Shown here: positions 18,011 to 26,611 of the stretch, in pieces
How positions within the stretch are numbered: the first letter of the stretch is position 1
Layout of the letters: each line of letters begins with the position of its first letter
Source of the DNA: Clostridia bacterium
Lineage (GTDB): Bacteria; Bacillota; Clostridia; Oscillospirales; CAG-272
DNA: 44,845 nt
Direction: 5' to 3'
NCBI GenBank assembly: GCA_017628075.1
Contig: JAGBZV010000049.1
Location: forward strand, 1 to 44,845
Notes under the pieces: generated by a model
Told to the model about the DNA's origin: nothing
Seen by the model: only the letters and a program-made list of their open reading frames with translations
Databases searched by the model: none
Made by a program: the position numbers and the translations under genes

Positions 18011-18799
18011 ATGAAAATGTGTTTGGGTGCACAGCTGTTTACCGTGCATAAGTACATGACAAACGTCGAGGATTATCGTTACATGATGGCAAAGATCGCT
18101 GAGATCGGCTACAAGACGGTACAGATGTCCGGCTATAATAAGCAGGCAATTACCCCTGCGATCATCAAGGAGGTTACAGAGGCAAACGGCCTGCGCGTTG
18201 TCCTGACACACAACGATCTTGATCGCGTTCTCAACGACACCGACCGCCTCATTGAGGAGCACAACCTGTTCAACTGCAATGCCATCGGTATCGGCTGTGT
18301 CGATGAGGCGATTCGTAGCTACGACGGATACGTGCGTCTGTGCGAAGATCTTGCGCCTGCGATCGAGAAGATCAAGGCATCCGGTAAGGTGTTCCTTTAC
18401 CACAACCACCGCTTTGAGTTTGAGCGCTTTGTGTCTGCAACGACGGGCGACGTCAAGAATGCAATGGATCTCGTTATGTCGCTTACCGATCCCGAGGGCT
18501 GCAAGCTGACCTTCGACGCATATTGGGCAATTGCGGCAGGCGTCGATGCAGCCGATTTCATCAGAAAGAATGGAAAGCGTATTTTCTGTACGCACTTCAA
18601 GGATATGGCGGTCAAGAACGACCAGGTCGTTATGACGGAGCTTCTGACAGGAAACATCAACTACGATGCAATCATGGCCGCTTGTGCTGAGGCAGGTATC
18701 CGTGATCTGTTTGTCGAGCAGGATCAAACCTACATCGATTCCATCGAGAGCATGAAGATCTCTCACGACAACATGAAGGCAAGATACGATCTGGATTGA
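18011..18799 (+). CDS. Sugar phosphate isomerase/epimerase (xylose isomerase-like TIM barrel)
   Basis: 262 aa. FLYHNHRFEFERF and THFKDM motifs are typical of the AP endonuclease 2 / xylose isomerase-like fold. AAGGAG RBS. Confidence 0.75.
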   Translation: MKMCLGAQLFTVHKYMTNVEDYRYMMAKIAEIGYKTVQMSGYNKQAITPAIIKEVTEANGLRVVLTHNDLDRVLNDTDRLIEEHNLFNCNAIGIGCVDEAIRSYDGYVRLCEDLAPAIEKIKASGKVFLYHNHRFEFERFVSATTGDVKNAMDLVMSLTDPEGCKLTFDAYWAIAAGVDAADFIRKNGKRIFCTHFKDMAVKNDQVVMTELLTGNINYDAIMAACAEAGIRDLFVEQDQTYIDSIESMKISHDNMKARYDLD

Positions 18800-18809
18800 G
18801 GACTGACAC

Positions 18810-19667
18810 ATGGCTGAATTTATTTTGAGTGCGTTTGCGGATGAATACGCACCCGAGCTGGATCTACAGATCGAGGGACTGAAGAAAAACGGCATCGGTT
18901 TTATGGAGATCCGCGGTGTGGACGGTACGAACGTTTCCGATCTTTCGCTTGAGCAGGCGCACGAGGTACGCAGAAAGCTGGATGCGGCAGGTATCGGCGT
19001 TTCGGCAATCGGCTCGCCCATTGGCAAGATTGGCCTTGACGACGATTTTGAGGCGCATTTGGAAAAGCTGCGCCACACGATAGCGGTCGCCAAAATACTC
19101 GGATGTGACCGCATTCGTATGTTCTCGTTCTTCGTGCCGGATACGCACGATCTTGCTCCGGTCCGCGATGCGGTCATGGAGCGGCTCGGACGCCTTCTTG
19201 AAATTGCAGAGGCCGAGGGCGTATACCTTTGCCACGAAAACGAGCGCGGCATCTACGGCGAAAGCGTAGAGGGCGTCGTCGATATTCTCCGTACCTTTGA
19301 CGGACGCATCAAGTGCGTTTTCGATCATGCAAACTTCATCACCTCCGGTATTGAGGCGTTTCCGTACGCCTTTGACGTGCTCTGTGACGATATTTTCTAT
19401 ATGCATATCAAGGATGCGGGCCACGCCCCGGACGGATCGGAGCAGATCTTCCCGGCAGGGGACGGTGCGGGCAACTTTGAGGCGACCTTCCGCCGCCTTC
19501 GTGCATACGATAAGACATTTTACTGCACGCTGGAGCCGCATCTTGCCGTATTCGGCGGTCTGGATGCCCTGGAGGCGGCAAAGCATGACGATCTTGTTAA
19601 GAACCAGTATGCCACAAACGAAGAAGCGTTCGGTGTGGCGGCAGCGGCAATCAGACGTTATCTGTAA
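18810..19667 (+). CDS. Sugar phosphate isomerase/epimerase family protein (second TIM-barrel paralogue type)
   Basis: 285 aa, with CDRIRMFSF, LCHENERGIYG and MHIKD motifs (metal-binding Glu/His pattern of the family). It starts 10 nt after the previous gene. Confidence 0.75.
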   Translation: MAEFILSAFADEYAPELDLQIEGLKKNGIGFMEIRGVDGTNVSDLSLEQAHEVRRKLDAAGIGVSAIGSPIGKIGLDDDFEAHLEKLRHTIAVAKILGCDRIRMFSFFVPDTHDLAPVRDAVMERLGRLLEIAEAEGVYLCHENERGIYGESVEGVVDILRTFDGRIKCVFDHANFITSGIEAFPYAFDVLCDDIFYMHIKDAGHAPDGSEQIFPAGDGAGNFEATFRRLRAYDKTFYCTLEPHLAVFGGLDALEAAKHDDLVKNQYATNEEAFGVAAAAIRRYL

Positions 19668-19755
19668 ACCGTGGTGCGATTCGGTGCGAGCACCGATATG
19701 ACTGCAATATCATAAGAAAGGACACTTTCCCGCAGGGAAGGTGATTGTCTAAACC

Positions 19756-21234
19756 ATGTCAGAATTAAAAATGCTTGCCATTGACCTCGGCGCGTCTTCC
19801 GGCCGCGGCATTATCGGCAAATTTGACGGAAAGAAGCTCACTCTTGAAGAAAACCACAGATTCCCCTCCGAACCCGTGACCATTGCGGGCTCCTTTAACT
19901 GGGATATCATGCGGATATTCCACGAGATCAAGCAGGCAATCAACAAATGCGCACTGTCTGAGGATCGGGATATCAAGACCATCGGTATCGATACGTGGGG
20001 CGTTGACTACGGTCTGCTTGACAAGCACGGAAAGCTTCTGACCAACCCCGTTCACTACCGCGATACCCGTACTGTCGGAATTCAGGATTATGCAGAGCAG
20101 TTCATGGCAAAGGAGCGCCTTTACGGCATTACCGGTATTCAGTTCTGCGATTTCAATACGGTATGGCAGCTTTGTGCTGAGCTGCGCGACAATCCTGAGC
20201 TGGTTGCGGCGGCTGACAAGATGCTGTTTATCCCCGACCTGCTCAATTATTTCCTGACGGGCAAGATGCAGACGGAATATACCATCGCTTCCACCGGCGC
20301 ACTTCTGGATGCGTCTACGCGCGATTGGTCCCGTGAGGTCATTGATGCCTTCGGCATTCCCTCCCGTCTGTTCACCGATGTCGTTCAGCCCGGTACCGTT
20401 GTTGGTCCGCTTCTGCAGTCCCTGCGCGATGAGCTGGGTGATATCCGTGCCAACGTCGTCAACGTTGCAGCGCACGATACGGCGTCTGCGGTCGTGGCTG
20501 TTCCGGCTGTCCGCGGAGAGGACTTCATCTTCATTTCCTCCGGTACGTGGTCGCTGATGGGAACGGAAACGATGACGCCCATTATTACGGACAAGTCTGC
20601 ACGCTACAACTTTACCAACGAGGGCGGCTTTGGCGGCTCTATCCGCGTGCTCAAGAATATCATGGGCCTGTGGCTCGAGCAGGAGTCCCGCCGTCAGTGG
20701 AAGCGCGAGGGCAAGGCGTTCTCCTTTGACGACCTTTCCCGTGCGGCAATGGCGTCCAAGCCCTGCCAGTGCATCATCAATCCCGATGATCCGTCCTTTG
20801 GCGTTCCCGGCAATCTGCCCAAGGCGATCCGCGAATACTGCAAGCGGACCGGTCAGCACGTTCCGGAAAACGAGGGTGAAATCGTCCGTGCGATCTTCGA
20901 CTCGCTCGCTCTGCGCTACAAGTGGTCTGTCAATGCCATCGACGATATGAAGGGCAAGCGTATTCCGTTCATCAACATCGTTGGCGGCGGAACCAAGGAG
21001 GGACCGCTGTGCCAGCTTTGCGCGGATGCGTGTGAGCGTCCCGTCTATGCCGGCCCCGTGGAAGCAACCGCGATCGGCAATATCGCAGTACAGGCGATCG
21101 CTGCCGGTGAGATCAAGGATCTTTCCGAGGCCCGCGAGGTGATCAGAGGTTCCTTCGATATCGAATGCTATGAGCCGAGCGGTGACCGCGCAATGTGGGA
21201 CGACGCTTATGCGAAATTCCTGACGCTGATCTGA
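19756..21234 (+). CDS. rhaB: FGGY-family carbohydrate kinase, rhamnulokinase-like
   Basis: LAIDLGASSGRGIIG and IGIDTWGVDYGLLDKHGKLLTNPVHYRDTRT closely follow the RhaB pattern. The substrate is not proven. Confidence 0.8.
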   Translation: MSELKMLAIDLGASSGRGIIGKFDGKKLTLEENHRFPSEPVTIAGSFNWDIMRIFHEIKQAINKCALSEDRDIKTIGIDTWGVDYGLLDKHGKLLTNPVHYRDTRTVGIQDYAEQFMAKERLYGITGIQFCDFNTVWQLCAELRDNPELVAAADKMLFIPDLLNYFLTGKMQTEYTIASTGALLDASTRDWSREVIDAFGIPSRLFTDVVQPGTVVGPLLQSLRDELGDIRANVVNVAAHDTASAVVAVPAVRGEDFIFISSGTWSLMGTETMTPIITDKSARYNFTNEGGFGGSIRVLKNIMGLWLEQESRRQWKREGKAFSFDDLSRAAMASKPCQCIINPDDPSFGVPGNLPKAIREYCKRTGQHVPENEGEIVRAIFDSLALRYKWSVNAIDDMKGKRIPFINIVGGGTKEGPLCQLCADACERPVYAGPVEATAIGNIAVQAIAAGEIKDLSEAREVIRGSFDIECYEPSGDRAMWDDAYAKFLTLI

Positions 21235-21253
21235 TCGAAATGAAAAAAACAAA

Positions 21254-21414
21254 GGGAGGTGTTGCAAGTTATTGCAACACCTCCCCGGAAATTTCCCTTG
21301 CCCCTCAGCCGAGGGGCATTTTCATGCGAAAATCGCTTGAAAATCGGGAAATTCGGTTCACTTTGCGCCCTCGGGCTGCCGCAGGTTTTCAGCTTGCGGC
21401 AGCCCCTTTGTATT
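21254..21414 (+). repeat. Copy C of the ~160-bp modular repeat, filling the convergent intergenic region
   Basis: GGAGGTGTTGCAA-GTTA-TTGCAACACCTCC, GGAAATTTCCC, TGCCCCTC-AGCC-GAGGGGCA, then the TTTTCATGCGAAAATCGCTTGAAAATCGGGAAATTCGG core, then a GGGCTGCCGCA...TGCGGCAGCCC hairpin followed by CTTTGTATT. Confidence 0.9.
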
Positions 21415-21417
21415 CGA

Positions 21418-22203
21418 TTACGGAAGGTCGTTCGTTTGTGGGGCGATTTGCGGCGCGCACCGCCGGTAGAGCTTTTCCTTGCCGCGCTTTCCATCCTCGC
21501 ACAGGATGCCAACGGCACGGAAAACACGGAGCAGGGCGTCGGCGCCCGTGCGCTCCATGCGTACGCCGGCTGCGGCAGCAAGCTCGCGCTTTGTGAAGAC
21601 GTCTGGCAAGGCTTGCGGCAGAAGAGCGGCGTAGGCGTCACGCCCTGCAAGGCGTGTTTCTGCCAAAAGGGCACGTGGAATCCGATCACAGCGTGTGGAG
21701 CCGCGTTTTCCGCCTCTGCCCCAACCGTCCAAATAGCGGATCTCATCCATATCGAGGGTGACGAGGCAAAGTGTCAGATTCGGATGGCACAGAAGATCGG
21801 GGATACCGCCAAGCTCCCAAAAGGCGCTGTACAGAGTGCCTGCGCGCGGGCTTTTCCGCTTTGGTGAAATCTCTCCGGTTTGCGGATCCAGCCAGGACAC
21901 CCATTTCTGACGGACGACCGGATGGATTACGGTGACGTGTGTGACCTCCAAAAAGGCCTCCAGCTTTTTTCGCATGGCTGAGAGGGAGCGCGTCTGGATC
22001 TCAAGAATACCGTCTTCGTTTAGAATGTCGGCAACGTATCTTCCGATTTTCTGCTCGTGCAGCGCACAAAGAGGCTCGTAGTACGACTTTAGGATCCGGT
22101 GCAGGCTTTTTTCACCAAGCGTGCCGATACCCTTATTCTCGCGTTCCGAGGTGAGAACCGCGTCGCGTACCGCAAGAAACGCATCGGGATCGAAGGCTCT
22201 CAT
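21418..22203 (-). CDS. Conserved hypothetical protein with a PD-(D/E)xK nuclease-like core (CoiA-like motif arrangement)
   Basis: 261 aa. GEKSLHRILKSYYEP...HEQKIGRYVADILNEDGILEIQTRS shows a D...E.Q/K-type nuclease-fold motif, and later GWGRGGKRGSTRCDRIP. Its start ATG overlaps the ispD stop (ATGA). The function is inferred from motif only. Confidence 0.6.
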   Translation of the reverse strand: MRAFDPDAFLAVRDAVLTSERENKGIGTLGEKSLHRILKSYYEPLCALHEQKIGRYVADILNEDGILEIQTRSLSAMRKKLEAFLEVTHVTVIHPVVRQKWVSWLDPQTGEISPKRKSPRAGTLYSAFWELGGIPDLLCHPNLTLCLVTLDMDEIRYLDGWGRGGKRGSTRCDRIPRALLAETRLAGRDAYAALLPQALPDVFTKRELAAAAGVRMERTGADALLRVFRAVGILCEDGKRGKEKLYRRCAPQIAPQTNDLP

Positions 22204-22997
22204 CGGAGCTCTCCGCCGTCACGGCGCATCTGCAGAATTGCCTTTGCAAAATACAGATCCTCGCGCGTGGTGATCTTCAGATTCTGATAACCGATATCGA
22301 CCATTTTTACGGGAAAGCCGACTGCCTCAACGAGTGAGCAGTCGTCGGTGACGCTGCGCTTGCTTTCACGACCAAGGTAGACCGATGCACGGTATTCCTC
22401 CACCTTGAAGATCTGCGGTGTGGAGGCTGCCCAGACCGTGCTGCGGTCCGGGGTTTCGCGGACGTATCCGGGGCCGTCGGTGATCTTGACGGTATCCTTG
22501 ACGCGGGATGCGGCCGCTGCTGCACCGATCCGATACGCCTCGCGTGCGACGGCGGTGATCTGCTCTGGCGTAATCAACGGGCGTGCACCGTCGTGAATGG
22601 CGATGAATGCGCAGCTTCGGTCAACTGCGAGGAGTCCGGCGTATGCGGAATCCTGGCGTGTTTCGCCGCCGGCGACGATTTTGGTTACCTTGGTGATCTC
22701 CGCGTCGATGAGCATGGGCCGATACAGGGGACGCTCCTCCTCGCGGACCACGAGAATGATCTCGTCGATGGATGGGCAGGCCTCAAAGCTGCGGATGGTG
22801 TGCAGAATGACAGGTTCCCCCTCAAGTGAAAGAAACTGCTTTGTTGAGGGCGCGCTGTCTGTGTGTGCACTGCCTTCCCGCATTCTGGAGCCGATGCCGC
22901 CGGCAAGAATGACTGCGGAGGTAAAGGGGTGCCGCATTTGTGCGGCAATTCCTTCCGTGATACGTGCGGCAGTATGGATGGTATTTAGAATCTGCAT
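22200..22997 (-). CDS. ispD: 2-C-methyl-D-erythritol 4-phosphate cytidylyltransferase
   Basis: SAVILAGGIGSRM is the nucleotidyltransferase glycine-rich loop, with IHDGARPL and VTDDCSLVE motifs typical of IspD. Confidence 0.9.
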   Translation of the reverse strand: MQILNTIHTAARITEGIAAQMRHPFTSAVILAGGIGSRMREGSAHTDSAPSTKQFLSLEGEPVILHTIRSFEACPSIDEIILVVREEERPLYRPMLIDAEITKVTKIVAGGETRQDSAYAGLLAVDRSCAFIAIHDGARPLITPEQITAVAREAYRIGAAAAASRVKDTVKITDGPGYVRETPDRSTVWAASTPQIFKVEEYRASVYLGRESKRSVTDDCSLVEAVGFPVKMVDIGYQNLKITTREDLYFAKAILQMRRDGGELR

Positions 22998-23147
22998 GGA
23001 ACTCTCCTGAATTTCATAGGCATCGGGTGCGCAGAGGATCTGTCAGTCCGGGCTGCCTGTCGGTATCAATATTATACCACATTCCGTTTGGAGTTGCAAT
23101 ACGGTAATGAAAATTCTCGGAAATCGCATAAAATTTCAAAAAAGCAC

Positions 23148-23176
23148 TTGCAGTAAAAACACAGATATGGTATAAT
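23148..23176 (+). promoter_or_regulatory. Sigma-A promoter of the ABC exporter operon
   Basis: TTGCAG (23148-23153), a 17-nt spacer, then TGgTATAAT (TATAAT 23171-23176). Confidence 0.65.
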
Positions 23177-23220
23177 AGGGTAAATTGCAAGAGTACTGAA
23201 CGGGAAGGGAGTGGGGCTCA

Positions 23221-25770
23221 TTGTCATACCCCAAGACGATACATTCATACTATCACTATCCGATACGCTCATTTCTGCGCAACAAACGCGCATATATCCT
23301 TCTGGCATGCTCAATTCTGTGCATGATCGTTCTGTGTGCCAGCGTGCTGATCTATTATGCCTCCCGATATGAGGCAAGCGTGGAAATGATGCGCCGCGAG
23401 GATGGTCCGCACCATACGGTGCTTATGGGCGTGAAGGGCGATTTGCGCTCCGAATACACAAACCATTCGTACGTCAAGGACTTTGCGGCGGTGGATATTT
23501 GTGCCAGGGCGCAGAATCCGAATATTCTCGCGAGTCTGGAAACGGTTTCCTTTACGGCATACGATGAGAAAATTGCTTCATTTTTCTATCTGAATCTCGT
23601 CGAGGGACGACTCCCGGAGGCGTTTGGTGAGGTCATCGTTTCCGAGCAGGCGGCCCGCTATTTCGAGGGCCTTCAGATGGGAGCCGAGCAGGAGGTCGAG
23701 GTGCAGTCAAACGGCCATCGGCAGAAGGTGCCGTTCCGTGTGGTTGGTACGTTCACCGCTGCTGCACCTGCTTCTGCATACGTATTCTGTACGGCGGAAA
23801 CGGCCGCGTATCTGCGTGGCGGAAACGCGCCCGGATCCCAATATACATCCGACGTGTATCTGATCTTTGAGGGCAGCGGACAGTCTGCAATCAAGCGGAA
23901 TATGGATGCCTTTATCGAGGACATCGGCATGGTCAAATACGACGCCGAGGGCAATGAGGTCGAGATCGAATTCGAGGACAGAAACAAAATGCTGACGGAG
24001 ATCGCGCAGATCGCCCCGTATTATGAGGGATCGACGATGCTCGTCATGTTCCTGTTTTCTCTGCTGCCCGCAGGCATCGCCTTGGCGGTATTCATTTATC
24101 TCGATCTGCAGAAAAATCTGAAGGAGCTTGCTACGCTTTCGATGATCGGCGCGACCTGGAAGCAGATCTTCCGGATGCAGTTCGTCAAATACGCCGTGAT
24201 CTTCTTTACGGTCTTTCCGTTCGGTATTGCGGGCGCTGCGGCGCTGATGCGTCTGGTCTGCGCGCTGACGGAAAACATCTCCAAGGATCGTGTCTATTTG
24301 TGGTTCCACTTTGATTTCGGTGCGATGTTCGTGCTTTGGGTGCTGTCGACGGCAATTCTGCTTGGCGTTGTCTTTATCCTGTCCAAGCGCATGACGAGCG
24401 TGGCATATGCACAGATGCTCTCTGCCGCGCACAAGTCCGGCAACATCTTCGTCGCAAAGACCTCTGATATCCTTTTCAGAGAAAAGCGAATCCTTGAGCG
24501 CATCGCGGTGCTCTTTTTCACCAGAAACCGCGGTATCAACCGCCTTTTCTGCGTGGTTATCGTGCTTCTTGTTTGCGTGTATGCGTTCTTCTCGCAGCAG
24601 ATCTCCGTGGAATACAACGAGGCACCGTCTGCGGCAGAAATGGAGCTTGCCGATTTTTACCTGTACGGTGACATTGATCTGTCCTCCGTATATGAAACGA
24701 TGATCCCGGAAACCGCAGATGCGATTGCGGCGATTCCGCACGTGGAGCGTATTCAGCGGCGCATGGAGCTGTCTGCGTTCTATACCTATCTCAATGACTT
24801 TCTTGTAGAGTCCAACATTCAGAAGCAGCTCGTTTCCAACACCGTCAAGAACGGACAGTTCGGACAGAACAGCAGCTCGATGCCCATCTATAAGCGAAAT
24901 ATCACAGACGTCAGACTGATTGGCGCAGACGAGATGCTTCTCGATATGCGCGTTGGCGCGGACGTTGTATCCGGATCGCTGGAAAGCATTTATGAAAACG
25001 AGGACACCATTGCACTCGTCGTCCATGGATGGTCTGAAAACAACGATAAGTTCTACCACGCCGGTGACAAGCTGAAGCTGCGCGTCAGCTATACGGAGGA
25101 GGATAAGGACCGTCCGGGCAAGGTCAATAAGATACGTACGGAATGGAAGGACTATACCGTCGGTGCGGTCATCTATCGTCCCAATGACGATCCCTACGAC
25201 GATATTATTACAGTTTATACCTCCCCGAAGCTGTTTGAGGAAATGACGATGGTGGACGAGGTCTACTGCTATGCGGTGCGCTGTGACAGCAGGGATGCGG
25301 ATGTACTTGCACAGGTGCGTGAGGAGCTGCGCAAGCTTGAGTTTGATTACAGCTTCGTCGTACACGACGTGCACGAGCAGCTCAGCCAGGCAAAGCTTGC
25401 GGCAATGCACGCGGTGCTGTTTATCGCGGTGATGCAAAGCTTCGTTTTGATCGTAGCCGTGCTCCTTCTCATTGCGATGGCACACTTTATGCTGGAGGTC
25501 CGTGCTCCTTCCATGCGCGCGCTGTATTTGATCGGCGCACAGCATACACAGCTTGCAAGGATCAATATTTTCGAATTTGTGATCGCCTCGGTGATCTCGT
25601 CTGCGGCAGGTATTTTCTGCTCCGGTCTCATCGGTCTGTTCCACATCGGGAATCTTACGCCGGCGCTCATTCTGATCTCTGTATTTACGCTGCTGCTTTT
25701 GACGGCGATCAATATTCTGGTTCCGATCTGGATCTGCCGCCGTCAGCTCCGCACGCAGCTTCTCAGATAA
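23221..25770 (+). CDS. ABC transporter permease, FtsX/MacB-type with two FtsX modules and large extracytoplasmic domains
   Basis: 849 aa, with hydrophobic clusters near residues 20-45, 270-400, 450-470 and 720-849, and soluble domains in between. It is followed by a MacB/LolD-type ATPase. TTG start after GGGAAGGGAG. Confidence 0.8.
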   Translation: MSYPKTIHSYYHYPIRSFLRNKRAYILLACSILCMIVLCASVLIYYASRYEASVEMMRREDGPHHTVLMGVKGDLRSEYTNHSYVKDFAAVDICARAQNPNILASLETVSFTAYDEKIASFFYLNLVEGRLPEAFGEVIVSEQAARYFEGLQMGAEQEVEVQSNGHRQKVPFRVVGTFTAAAPASAYVFCTAETAAYLRGGNAPGSQYTSDVYLIFEGSGQSAIKRNMDAFIEDIGMVKYDAEGNEVEIEFEDRNKMLTEIAQIAPYYEGSTMLVMFLFSLLPAGIALAVFIYLDLQKNLKELATLSMIGATWKQIFRMQFVKYAVIFFTVFPFGIAGAAALMRLVCALTENISKDRVYLWFHFDFGAMFVLWVLSTAILLGVVFILSKRMTSVAYAQMLSAAHKSGNIFVAKTSDILFREKRILERIAVLFFTRNRGINRLFCVVIVLLVCVYAFFSQQISVEYNEAPSAAEMELADFYLYGDIDLSSVYETMIPETADAIAAIPHVERIQRRMELSAFYTYLNDFLVESNIQKQLVSNTVKNGQFGQNSSSMPIYKRNITDVRLIGADEMLLDMRVGADVVSGSLESIYENEDTIALVVHGWSENNDKFYHAGDKLKLRVSYTEEDKDRPGKVNKIRTEWKDYTVGAVIYRPNDDPYDDIITVYTSPKLFEEMTMVDEVYCYAVRCDSRDADVLAQVREELRKLEFDYSFVVHDVHEQLSQAKLAAMHAVLFIAVMQSFVLIVAVLLLIAMAHFMLEVRAPSMRALYLIGAQHTQLARINIFEFVIASVISSAAGIFCSGLIGLFHIGNLTPALILISVFTLLLLTAINILVPIWICRRQLRTQLLR

Positions 25771-25839
25771 TGGGGGAATCATCTCCAATACTCTTCATAG
25801 AAAGGACACTTTCCGCAGCTGAAAGTGACAGATACTACG

Positions 25840-26532
25840 ATGACAGTTCTGCAATGCGATAATCTGACAAAGGTCTACCATCAGGGAGATAATATTATCT
25901 CTGCCGTCAGAACGTGTAATTTCTCCGTGGAGGAGGGCCAGTTCGTTGCGATCGTCGGTACCTCCGGCTCCGGAAAAAGCACGCTTCTGCAGCTTTGCGG
26001 AGGACTTGATACGCCCTCGGGCGGTACGGTCTACGTCAACGGCCGCGACATCTTTAAGCTCAAAAGCGAGGAGCTTGCGGAATACCGCCGCAAGCATATC
26101 GGCTTTATTTTCCAAAGCTATAACCTCATTCCCGTGTTTACGGCGCTCGAAAACATCATTATGCCGTCGCTGCTTGATGATAGACGGCTGTCGTTCCCGC
26201 ATATCAACGAGCTGCTTGAGATTCTCGGCATTGCGGACCGCATTCACCACCTTCCGCATGAGATGTCCGGCGGCCAGCAGCAGAGAGTGGCGGTTGCACG
26301 TGCGCTGATCAATTATCCGTCACTGATGCTGGCGGATGAGCCTACGGGTAACCTGGATAAGAATTCTGCAAAGGAATTGATGGACCTTCTGCTCAAAACG
26401 AAGGAGGTTCAGCATCAGACGCTCGTTATGGTCACGCATGACGACGGTATTGCTGCCATGGCAGACAAGGTTTACCGCATGGATGACGGATATTTGGCGC
26501 CGGATACCAAGCTGCGCCGCCATACGACGTAA
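25840..26532 (+). CDS. ABC transporter ATP-binding protein (MacB/LolD-like)
   Basis: [23 protein letters not shown] Walker [16 protein letters not shown] signature and [12 protein letters not shown] Walker B. The ATG at 25840 gives the typical [14 protein letters not shown]-terminus; a GTG at 25825 is also possible. Confidence 0.93.
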   Translation: MTVLQCDNLTKVYHQGDNIISAVRTCNFSVEEGQFVAIVGTSGSGKSTLLQLCGGLDTPSGGTVYVNGRDIFKLKSEELAEYRRKHIGFIFQSYNLIPVFTALENIIMPSLLDDRRLSFPHINELLEILGIADRIHHLPHEMSGGQQQRVAVARALINYPSLMLADEPTGNLDKNSAKELMDLLLKTKEVQHQTLVMVTHDDGIAAMADKVYRMDDGYLAPDTKLRRHTT

Positions 26533-26611
26533 CGGGGGCATCTGTGCCGAAGCCCGTTCCGATTTCCAAGGAAGGGATGCTTTTGCAGCAGGCAAAAGCC
26601 AGGGAAGAGTT

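Noticed and set aside
17921-19252. 443-aa minus-strand ORF across the two sugar isomerase/epimerase genes
   Set aside because: It spans two separate plus-strand genes and their intergenic gap in antisense, with no motifs. The plus-strand genes have TIM-barrel metal-site motifs and proper RBSs.
19765-21267. 500-aa minus-strand ORF
   Set aside because: It is antisense to the rhamnulokinase-like gene, which has clear FGGY motifs. It has no domain pattern and an Arg/Gly/Leu-rich composition, so it is a shadow ORF.
23707-25788. 693-aa minus-strand ORF
   Set aside because: It is antisense to the FtsX-type permease, which has a sensible TM topology and a downstream cognate ATPase. The antisense product is highly charged and His/Arg/Asp-rich with no motif.
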